From Basidiobolus meristosporus CBS 931.73 (taxonomy: Eukaryota > Fungi > Basidiobolomycota), in the NCBI GenBank assembly GCA_002104905.1, contig MCFE01000557.1, positions 1 to 58,372 of the forward strand: 58,372 bases of DNA, in the 5' to 3' direction. Within the stretch, counting starts at the first letter, position 1. Each line of letters starts with the position of its first letter. A program made the translations under genes and the position numbers. This document shows, in pieces, positions 13,353 through 26,799 of this stretch. The notes below the pieces were generated by a model that saw only the letters and a list, made by a program, of their open reading frames with translations, made no database searches and was not told the origin of the DNA.

Positions 13353-13566
13353 ACTAGTCATTATGAGGCTTTAACAAGAGCAGATACAAAGAATCTGGTA
13401 CGAATGCTAGGATGCTAAACCCAGTATGAATGCTAACAGAATAATTTAACAAATTACAGCCACATCAACCATAGGGTTAAATAGATATACGTCACAAAGT
13501 ATCGAACTGTGGTTTATTTTCATGGATCATGGATCAAGAATCATGAATCATCAATCAGTGGCTAAC

Positions 13567-16930
<3,364 letters not shown>

Positions 16931-17240
16931 GAGCGATTAGTGCACCTTGTTACTGTTTGGCACTTCAAATGTATGCTTATGTGAAGGCTACTATTTCAAT
17001 CCTTAATTTTTTTTATACAAATCCATTTTGTTGCAATCATCCAAATCTCACTATAATCCCATCCAAACATGAATTGTCAACACAGTATGTACAAAGTCTA
17101 GCCAAGTAAAATTCGCTTTTCATGCGCTTTGCAAATACATGGGCCCAAGACATGTACATGATAGCTGCACAAAGCTCCACAGTAGATACGTTACAAAAAC
17201 AATTTGACGATGCCTTTTATTGTATACATGATCAAAAACT

Positions 17241-17787
17241 TTAGGCAGTAAGAACAACACAGCCACCGGTTTCCTTGATCTTTTGCTCAGCACGACGGGA
17301 GACATAACGAGCCTTAACAATAACGGGTTGTTCGGGAAGACGACCCTTACCGAGGACCTTGCCGAAACCGGCACGAAGAGTGTCGATGACAGGGACGACC
17401 TCCTTGTTGTCAGCGTACTTGACACGAGTTTGGTCAGAAACCAAAGTCCACAATTTGTCAAGGTTGACAGTAGGACGGTAGTACTTGTTGCGGGTCAAGT
17501 GGAAGTGGCGCATACCAACCTTACCGAAGTAACCAGGATGGTATTTATCCATGTTGATACGGTGATGATGTTGACCACCAGCAAGACCACGACCTCCTGG
17601 ATGTTTTCTGTGCTTGCCGACACGACCGTGACCGGCGGAAACGTGTCCACGCTTCTTTCTATTGTGGTGAAGTCTGGTAGGCTAGTATCAAGAATCGGTT
17701 AGCAAAACAGAATCATTGAAAAAGAAAAGTCCATCCATCATATGCAAGCTATGATATAGATGAAACTTCCAAATCGATGCTCACCAT
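17241..17787 (-). CDS. RPL28: 60S ribosomal protein uL15 (L27a / yeast L28); first exon is ATG only
   Basis: M|[58 protein letters not shown]. Confidence 0.97.
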
Positions 17788-18086
17788 GTCTACAAGTCCA
17801 GAGGATGGAAAAGAGAAAGAGTGATGAGCTCAGTGCCAAACATATAAACCAGCCAAATTTTCCGTTTGCCTGGGCACTTACCAATCATCAAGGGTAATTG
17901 GCTGATGCGTGATCTAGCAATCTCACATATAATTGACCTAGTTAACTCCAGATTCAATTTATTTAACCACTCTCACACAATTATCAATTAAGGATCTCAA
18001 AACAAAATCCGGGCTCACACAACCGCCTGAGTCGACAGTCCTCTGTTTTTTGTCCCCACAACCGCTCTTTCGTGTTTACGTTATAT

Positions 18087-20564
18087 ATGTCGTGTCAAGA
18101 TCGCGTCCCTTCGGAAGCAATCTTTCGAATCCCTGATTTCTCAGTATTACGATCACCCACACCTCGTTCGCGTTCCGTGTCAAGATGCATGACACCAGCA
18201 GCTACGGGCGCCGCTCCTGATTTGCTCAGCACAACTCCCTCTACGCCTAGTCGATTCTCACATTCGTTGCGTTTTGGCACCCCACAAGTTCAGCCGTTAA
18301 TAAATGCTGGGTTAGCAAATACAGTGCTTCCAAATAACTCCTTCGATACTGACTTCCTGATTTAGAAGTCTTAACTCACCGGCATACAAAAGAGAGGCGA
18401 CTGCGCCTTTGAGAATGCGTGAAGCCTCGATCCCTTTAACTGATATGTTTGGTGCCAGTAATAATCCTTCTTTCGAGAGACTTTCTGTGACTAGCCCTAT
18501 TCCACAGGTAAACCTCACATAACGTCAGTGAGATCCAAGTAATTTGTTCACCGAGTCCATTTTCACCATGTTAAGCTTATCCGACGAACATATTCTCAAA
18601 TCGAATCTGATGGGTATATATCCAAGGAGCTTACCAACCACAACTATTGGATTCAAATCCCCAACCAACCCAGCACATACAGTAGCCTCATCCAATCTTA
18701 CCGCGAATCGCTCTAAACAGTCAAGGAAGAAAGCTGACAACAAAATGATGGAAATTGAACAGGATGGATCAGAGGCAGCTATGCCGAATGATGTCGCTGA
18801 TAATCACCTGACGAATCAACTAAAGTCGAGTGTAGAAACCGAGCGCGTTTCTACACAAGACCCGCCTAAGGCCACGAAAGCGCGCACTTCAAAACGGCGG
18901 ATCAATGTGGCAGCCAAATCGGTCTCAAAATCCTTGAAGAAAACAACTGGATCGAAAGCAAAAACGAAGCAGCAGGCGAATTCGAATGAAGAACCTGACA
19001 AGCAGCAGCCAGTAGATCCTGGTAGAGAGCTAGGTTCTACATCAAACGGGGACAACATACCAGATTCGATCGTTTTGAAAGAGTGGAGGCTAATCAAGGC
19101 TCGCACCGGTAATAAGGTAGCGTAGATCACAGGAACTATTTCCATTTACTTGGCAATTGATTTTGTTATGGTCCTATGGATAGCTCGCAAATTACGAGTA
19201 TTGGATCATCGTTGAAGGATTACGGGTAATGAGCGACGAAAAAGAACGAGTAAGCATTTAAACACATCAGCCATTTTCCTCAAGAGCATTCACTGAGCAC
19301 CCATCGAATCTTAGGTCTGGCATAGCTCTTTAATTGCCGAGCGTATCGACCAAACTACCTTGAAAACTTTCAGTGGTTCTATTTACCGGCTTTCCGGCCC
19401 TATATCGTTACAGGGGATGACCGATGCCGGTGGGTAAAGGCATTCTGTTAATGACTTGGATGTTCCTAACAATCAAGCTCCTTCTAGGGTTTTCCGAAGA
19501 CTTTGCCAACCTGTTCAGGGAAGGATTTCCAGAAGAATGGAAATCATGGATTTGTGTAGAGTTTGATGGCGAACTCTCTTCGGAAATGAAATATAAGGCT
19601 CAAATGCAAAAACGCAACCTGGAAGAACGGAAGAAAAGCGAAAAAGGTACCGACGTTTATCCACCACCCCTGAATGGTCTTTTATGCTCACAAGGCTACT
19701 TGGCTATTCTAGCTGATAGCACAACAACTCTTTCCGAAATTGCAAACATATCCACCGAACCAGAAAATGATCACTCAGAGTACAATAATCAAAGTATAGA
19801 GTTTTCATATGATGATCATTTGAAGATCACTCTTGATGAGGTTTTGCCAGAAGAAGGCCATCCTGAGACCACGGAGAAACCACCAGACAATGCACCCCGT
19901 CGATCCGGTAGAAAGCCAAAGCCACGTATTAATCTCGTTGCTAAATCAAGAACGCGTAAAAGCGCCAAGAAAGACCCGCCAAAATCGGAGGAGATTCAAA
20001 GCTTTGATGCATTGCTAGACAAACAGATTGTTGTTCCACAAGAGGAGAAGCCAGTATCAAAGACTTCGCTTCGAAAACTGAAAATGAAACTTAGCAAAAC
20101 AGCAGTTCAAGAATCTCACACATCTGGGAAAAGAGCGAGCGATTTGTCTGAGCGGGATGTCCACATTGCTAGCCACTCAGAGTCTACCTCATCTAATGGC
20201 TCGATCACCAATGCTATAGAAGCACACCCTAAGACCCCAGCTAGACGCGTAACGAAAGAGACACACCCAGAAGATAAAAAGGTACAGGGCATTTCTACCA
20301 CTTGATTTGATATATATATATGGTGCCCTCACACTTCTTTAGCATAATGAAATTGCATCTGAGAAAAGAGGCGACAAAGAAAAGGAACCCCCTAGTGAGT
20401 CAGGACTCACCCGCTCTGGTCGCAGTGTCCGTAAGCCTAGGGAGTATTGGATTGTTGAAGAGAATGATCACTCGCATACACCTTCAAAACGAGCCCGCCG
20501 GACTTCGGAGAAGCCAACCAAAGTGAAGCGGAAACCTGGGCCTGCTCGAAAGCGTAAAGCGTAA
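18087..20564 (+). CDS. KNL2/M18BP1-like centromere protein (SANTA domain plus C-terminal CENPC-k-like motif), multi-exon
   Basis: Spliced SANTA: LKEWRLIK..YWIIVEG..VWHSSLIAERIDQTTLKTFSGSIYRLSGPI..GFSEDFANLFREGFPEEW; last exon TRSGRSVRKPREYW; 5' exon structure approximate. Confidence 0.78.
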
Positions 20565-20940
20565 TTTTTATTAGGATTGCAATTACTTTCGTCAAATGAT
20601 TTGCAGAGTACTTGTGTAACGCTATGGAGCTGTACATGGAATTCAGTGTCTTTTGCCGCAAGACGCTAATTGATCTACTGTGAGTACGTTACATTGTGAA
20701 GTCCATTAATGTGATTAAGTTAGTGTTACTTTTTGTTGTATAGGAATAAATTCATCTTTCAATTGTTCGTTAATAGCATTATCGTCACTTGGCTAATCTG
20801 CATCCTGGATTTGAATCAATCCGAATTTCCTTACGTGACGTCAAAAGCTTAGTGGGATGTCTTCATCACCTTAGTACCAGCCCACACTGTCCGGAATATT
20901 TGTGACCATCCTTTTTCTTGCAAACAATACTTGACAGAGA

Positions 20941-21602
20941 ATGAGTGAGGTTATCATTTTTTTGCTGGCAGTAATATTCTCGGCGCTGTTTTTGTTCGCT
21001 ATGGTGTTCTACGTATGTATACCCTTCCGTATATGCTTTGAGTACAAACTAACCTTCCTCGCTAGGCTATAATGCTGAGCGATTTGGAATGTGACTATAT
21101 CAACCCAATAGATCTATGCAATAGGCTAAACCAGGTAGACACATCCTATGACCATTGTCTATTGAGCATAAAGTGATTCATTCTTCCCGACCGTAGTTTA
21201 TTCTTCCAGAGTATATTGGTCAATACGTGATGGCTATTGTATTTCTGTTCAGTGGAAACTGGACGGCCCTCATCATCAATCTTCCGGTAGTGGCGTTTAA
21301 TACTATGCAGTATGTACTTCAAGATACCCTATGATTGCACCGAGTTTGACCTTTCTACTAGGCTAACGAACAGTCGACATATGTATGACGCAACAGAGAT
21401 ATTTCGCACTCTTCCCGCGCACAAGAAGGAGACTTTTTTGAAGATGGGATTTTACCTGTTATGCTTTTTTTATTATCTGTATAGGTAAGCCGTTGGAAGA
21501 GCCGTATTCTATTACCAATGCTATTACCAATGCTATTACCAATGCCCCTAACCTCGATTTTTTGTTACTAGAATGATTCTTGGTCTAGTAGAGGAGGATT
21601 AG
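20941..21602 (+). CDS. ERV14: Cornichon family ER cargo receptor (absent from ORF track; 5 exons)
   Basis: LFAMVFY|[23 protein letters not shown]|FILPEY...[36 protein letters not shown]|MILGLVEED*. Confidence 0.93.
21518..21546. repeat. 12-bp tandem repeat (ATTACCAATGCT) x3 in last ERV14 intron
   Basis: attaccaatgctattaccaatgctattaccaatgc. Confidence 0.75.
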
Positions 21603-22157
21603 GTGTATGCTATTATGCTAAGTGAATTCATCATTTGCGGGGTCAATTCAATCAACTATAATTGCTGCACTGTTGAAATGGAAGAATGCTCTTAAATCCT
21701 AGGCTAAGCGCGCTTATTATAAACTTCAATCTGAATCTCTCCGACTCTAATAAATATGCTTGTATATATATATATAAGCATTAAGCCATATGAATCATCT
21801 ACTATAGCATAACCCTTGTCGTTCTCAATTGCTCCATAGGAAATCATTTAAAATTCATATCAATTCTGATGCCATCACGTGGATCCCGATGAGGCACAAA
21901 ATCAGGGATGGTCGACAGCAGGCACGTGACCCATTGGTCATAGAATCCATAACGTTCATGTGTGCGTCAACATAAAATTAGGAAACTACGGCAACAGCTG
22001 AAGAATACTTGACTAGTCTTTACGTACACTTTTTTCAGTTAATCTCCCCTTAGATCCAAGTGTCCCAAAGCACTTTTGAATACTACAGAATCTCACTTTA
22101 TTGGAACCACCCACTCTATTCATCTTCTCTACCACCGCACAAGTAGATTTTACTATC

Positions 22158-23875
22158 ATGTCAGACATGGATTTCGACGAAGAATACCAGGAGGAGGCCA
22201 GCTTCGACGAGGACGCTGACCTGGTAGACGAGGAGGAAAGTGAGTTCGAGATGGAGGAGGACGAAGACGACGACGACGATCTGTTAGACGAGGATTACGA
22301 GCTGGACGGAGACGACATGGGCTTCAGCACGGTGATGCTGGAGAAGAACAAAAAGAAGATCTACGAGGTGGACTTCACTGTTCTTTCCATCGAAGATATT
22401 GTCGAGAGCCAAAACAAAGAGATCAACCACGTCTCGAATATTCTAGGCCTACCGGATCAGCAGGCAGCCACCTTGCTCAGATATTTTCGTTGGAACAAAG
22501 AGACATTGATAGAAAGATACATGGATACACCGGAGAAGGTGTTGAGTAAAGCCGGGGTCATCACGAACGATGCGCGATCAGTCGACATCTCCAAGGTGGC
22601 TGGTTTCGTGTGTGACATCTGCTGTGACGATGATCCAGACCTAGACACAGTTTCTTTAGTATGCAATCATAGGTATTGCATCAACTGCTACCAGCACTAC
22701 CTGGTCCAGAAGATCAAGGAAGAGGGTGAAAGCCGGAAAATCCAATGCCCAGGCGAAGGTTGCAATCTAGTGATAGATGAATACACCGTGGAATTGCTTG
22801 TCAGTCCGGCTGTCTATGAGCGGTAGGTTTCGGCTCTCTATTCTAGACTGTTCAATTGATGAGAACGTGGCAGCTTATATTTTGTATTCAGTTACCGGAT
22901 GCTGCTCAACCGCACCTATGTTGATGACAATGATCACCTAAGATGGTGCCCTGCGCCCAACTGTGAATATGCTGTCTCCTGTTATGTTCCACACACGTCT
23001 TTGACTTCAGTGGTTCCAACTGTAGTTTGTAAATGCGGTCACAAGTTCTGCTTCGGCTGTGGTGTGGCTGATCATCAACCATGCATCTGCGCGTTGGTCA
23101 AGCAGTGGATAAAGAAATGTGAGGACGATTCGGAGACTGCCAACTGGATCTCCGCCAACACCAAAGAATGCCCGGCTTGCCATTCCACCATTGAGAAGAA
23201 TGGTGGTTGTAACCATATGACTTGTAGAAAATGTCGACACGAGTTCTGCTGGGTGTGCATGGGACCTTGGTCTGAACATGGAACAAACTGGTACAATTGT
23301 AATCGTTACGACGAGAAGAGCAGTACAGAGGCTAGAGACAAGCAAGCCGATTCTAGAGCAACTCTGGAACGGTACCTCCATGTAAGCATTTCTTTGTAGC
23401 AATACTCATGCAACCGAGCTTTAATCCACAATTGTCCTAGTACTACAATCGATATGCCAACCACGAGCAGAGTGCCAAACTGGACAGAGAAATGTATTTC
23501 AAGACCGAGAAAAAGATGGAGGAGATGCAACAAACGTCGGATCTATCCTGGATCGAGGTACAGTTCCTCAAGAAAGCCCTGGACACAGTGGTGGAATGCC
23601 GCATGACCCTCAAGTGGACGTACGCATTTGCATTCTATCTTGTGAGGAACAACATGACTGCCCTGTTTGAGGATAATCAGAGAGATCTAGAGATGGCCGT
23701 TGAACAGCTAAGTGAACTCCTTGAGACGCCAATCGCGCCGAACAAGATTACCGAGCTGAAGCAGAGCGTCCTTGACAAAAGCGTATATGTTGCTAGTCGC
23801 CGAGAGGTCGTATTAGAAGATACTGCCAAGGGGTTGGCAGAGGGCAGATGGGAGTTCATAGTGGACTTGAAGTAG
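22158..23875 (+). CDS. ARI1: Ariadne-family RBR E3 ubiquitin ligase
   Basis: Acidic N-terminus, RING1 CDICC..CNHRYCINC, IBR WCPAPNC..CKCGHKFCFGC, RING2 TKECPAC..IEKNGGCNHMTC..CWVC, Ariadne domain. Confidence 0.95.
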
Positions 23876-24191
23876 GCAGGTCGTTGTGAAATCGAGTTTA
23901 GATTAAAAATTTACGATAATTTGCGAATCCAACAGCGCTACACTCCTCCCACTTCACCCACCCAAACACATGTTTCCCAGAACATCATCACTGAACATCT
24001 CCGCACCTTAATCCATTCACACCTTCTCTCAATAAACGCCACTCAATAACCGATCTTCCCTGATCATCTCGGCAGATGGTATAGATACGATGAAGAGAGG
24101 CTCCAAAATCGCCACAACACTTAGGGCAAAGCGCAGAACGAAAGCAAAGTTCAAGAGTTCAAGGGGATTTATTTCATATAAACAAAGCCAT

Positions 24192-24545
24192 GGTCTAACA
24201 TGGGACTCGAACCCACACCTCAAGATCTCGTAGTGAAAGTCGGGTTACTTCAAGTATGGAGGGATCAGACAGTGTGAATACAACAAGAACATAAATCCAC
24301 TAAGTGGCCTTTAATCTCGAAGAAAATAAAGTCATCACATCCGCGCAGCCATACTTCCCCTAGACTAACATGGGATTCGAACCCACACCTTCAAGAGAAT
24401 CTCTTACGCTCTACCTATTAAGCTAATTAGACGTTGAGTTACGGTTGTTTCTGGGGATCAGACAGTGTGAATACAACTGGAGCATAAATCCACCGAAGTG
24501 GCATTTCATCTCGAAGAATATATGGGTCATCACATCCGCAGCGAA
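24192..24545 (-). repeat. Two diverged ~160-180 bp tandem units, each containing a tRNA-derived segment
   Basis: Both contain CTAACATGGGA(C/T)TCGAACCCACACC and GGATCAGACAGTGTGAATACAAC...CATAAATCCAC...ATCTCGAAGAA...GTCATCACATCCGC. Confidence 0.75.
24363..24432 (-). pseudogene. tRNA-like sequence (pseudo-tRNA or SINE head); anticodon not assignable
   Basis: Minus strand GTCTAAT-TAGCTTAATAGGTAGAGC-G-TAAGAGATTCTCTTG-AAGGT-GTGGGTTCGAATCCCAT-GTTAGTC: A box, B box and T-stem intact, anticodon loop only about 5 nt, one acceptor mismatch. Confidence 0.55.
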
Positions 24546-24727
24546 ACCGGCTCAAGTCCAACGACCATTCCCCCAGGACCGTGACCCCACAGAGAGGCCA
24601 CCGTCCTACCAAAAGAAACCTGAACCTAGACAAGAAAAAGAACACGGGGACGGGGGCGAGGGAGAGAAACGAGTACCTTCGGAATTTATTTCTCTTCAAA
24701 CACTGAGGATTCAGGGAAAACGACCAC

Positions 24728-25251
24728 TTAGGCGACCAAAGCGGAGGCGGTGGAGGATTCGTACTTCCAGTTGGGGGCCAATTGACCGGCGGTCTTGTAG
24801 TAACGGGCCAATCTGTGGATTCTGGATTCGATGAGAATCAAGCGGTACTTGGAGTCGGCGTCCTTTCTGTTGCGCTCCAAATGCTTGCGAACGGCGACGG
24901 CCTTCTTGATGAGGTGGTAGAGGTCCTCGGGGATCTCGGGGGCCAAACCGTTGCTCTTCAAGATACGAAGAACCTTGTTACCGGTAACGCTCTTGACTTG
25001 AGGGACACCGTGGGAGTCTCTGAGGAGGACACCGATTTGGGAGGGGGTCATACCCTTCTTGGCGAGCTTGCAAATGTGTTCGCAAACTTCCTCAGGGGTG
25101 GCCTTAACCCAGGAAGCGGGAGTACGACGATAGGGGAGGGCAGAAGAGGCAATACCCTTACTGTGAATCCGGTTAGTATATGGTTGTTGGATGGATGGGA
25201 GTGGTTACAAATGGATGGGAATACTGACCCAGGAGTGTGCATGCGACCCAT
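24728..25251 (-). CDS. RPS13: 40S ribosomal protein uS15 (S13)
   Basis: MGRMHTPG|[51 protein letters not shown]. Confidence 0.98.
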
Positions 25252-25679
25252 CTTGATATAAAGCTCGACTGGGGGAGAAAACCGTAAAGAAGAGCGGAAA
25301 GGACGGAACTCCAAGGATTCCGGTAGATTTTAATCCATTCGGATTCCCTTCCCCTTGTCGAATAGGACTCCCGAGAATTTTGGGTGAATTTTTTTTTCGG
25401 CTGGATTTTTCGAACCCGGGACCATCCAAGGAAAGGTGGCCAACTTCGCGAGCGATCTCCAACGAGTGCTTCCTTGTGGATCTCAGTCGATCCACCACCC
25501 CTCCCCTCAACATGTCCACGCATGATTGGCCCGACGGGGGGGGTAAGAAAAAAAATCGCCCCCCTCGGATATAAGCCACGAATCCCCCCATCGGCCTCCT
25601 TCTACCCACAACAAATCCAATAGTCACCGCTGCGCCGTGGACTCCGTTAATTTGTTAACTTTGCTGTATATTCACCACC

Positions 25680-26045
25680 ATGGCTTACGTCGCTAAAGGA
25701 AAACCCGGTTTCGAAGAGCAAGTCGAGGCCAAGATCCACAAGATTCGTATCACTTTGACTTCCCGTAACGTCAAGAATCTTGAGAAGGTCTGCGCCGACC
25801 TTGTCTCCCGTGCCAAGGACAAGCAACTCCGCGTCAAGGGTCCCGTCCGTCTCCCCACCAAGGTCCTTCGCATCACCACCCGTAAGACCCCCAACGGTGA
25901 GGGTTCCAAGACCTGGGATCGTTTCGAGATGAGAATCCACAAGCGTCTCATCGATCTCCACTCCCCCTCCGAGATCGTCAAGCAGATCACCTCCATCTCC
26001 ATCGAGCCCGGAGTCGAGGTCGAGGTCACCATCGCTGACGCTTAA
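25680..26045 (+). CDS. RPS20: 40S ribosomal protein uS10 (S20), intronless
   Basis: [61 protein letters not shown]. Confidence 0.98.
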   Translation: MAYVAKGKPGFEEQVEAKIHKIRITLTSRNVKNLEKVCADLVSRAKDKQLRVKGPVRLPTKVLRITTRKTPNGEGSKTWDRFEMRIHKRLIDLHSPSEIVKQITSISIEPGVEVEVTIADA

Positions 26046-26263
26046 TTGTCTCGTCTTTACTCGGACGAATAACAAATAAATTTTTTCGGAAGATTTTTTT
26101 CCTGATTTCCTTGGTCCCATCCCGTCATGTCGGTTGTTTGAAACGATGCGGTGTTTGGTATGTGTATGTGTGTGTGTGTGTATGCGGTGATTGCATCCAG
26201 AGTGGTTATTTAAGGCGGGGGCGGCTCCTTGACCCCGGCACCCTCTTTGCCATCCTTCTAAAC

Positions 26264-26692
26264 ATGATGCACAAGTCCATTGCTCTTCTTCTTGTGTGCG
26301 CCATCCTGGGTGTTAGCCACTCTGCGCCTGTGCTGGTCGACGACTCGGGGGACATGGCGGGAGTCGGGCTGATGAAGAGGGGAAAGTTGAGTGAATCGGA
26401 AGAGCTTGATACAATTAGTGAAATCAATTACTCCAACTCATTAATCGGAAGAGTGGTAGGCGTGACTAGGACTTCGGTGGACGGACTACTTGACCTGCTG
26501 GGGATCAAGGGGACCGGTGGCCTGGATTCCATGGGGATCAGCAATATCCTGAACGACCCGGCCAAGCTGCAGCAGGTCAAGGAGATCGCGCAAAAATGGA
26601 TCGCCTCCCAAAACCAGAAGTCCAGCAACCCCACCAACCCACAGCCACTGTCCAGCCTTCTAAGCACCCTCCTGAAAAAAGAGAGGAGCTGA
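26264..26692 (+). CDS. Small putative secreted protein of unknown function (~142 aa)
   Basis: MMHKSIALLLVCAILGVSHS-AP signal-peptide-like N-terminus, dibasic KR site, uninterrupted ORF; no family recognised. Confidence 0.7.
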   Translation: MMHKSIALLLVCAILGVSHSAPVLVDDSGDMAGVGLMKRGKLSESEELDTISEINYSNSLIGRVVGVTRTSVDGLLDLLGIKGTGGLDSMGISNILNDPAKLQQVKEIAQKWIASQNQKSSNPTNPQPLSSLLSTLLKKERS

Positions 26693-26799
26693 GGCGAGTT
26701 GTGAAAAGTGATTGTCGGCCATGTTGTATTATTTAAATGGGGTTCATTATCTTTTTTTAAATTAACATAGAGAAACAATAAATCTCCTTTGACTATCTA

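Noticed and set aside
24363-24432. Functional tRNA gene
   Set aside because: The anticodon loop is too short and the acceptor stem has a mismatch; kept only as a pseudo-tRNA.
26111-26263. N-terminal extension of the secreted protein given in the ORF track
   Set aside because: It starts at a non-ATG codon and crosses a (TG)n tract and a TATA-like site; the ATG at 26264 gives a proper signal peptide.
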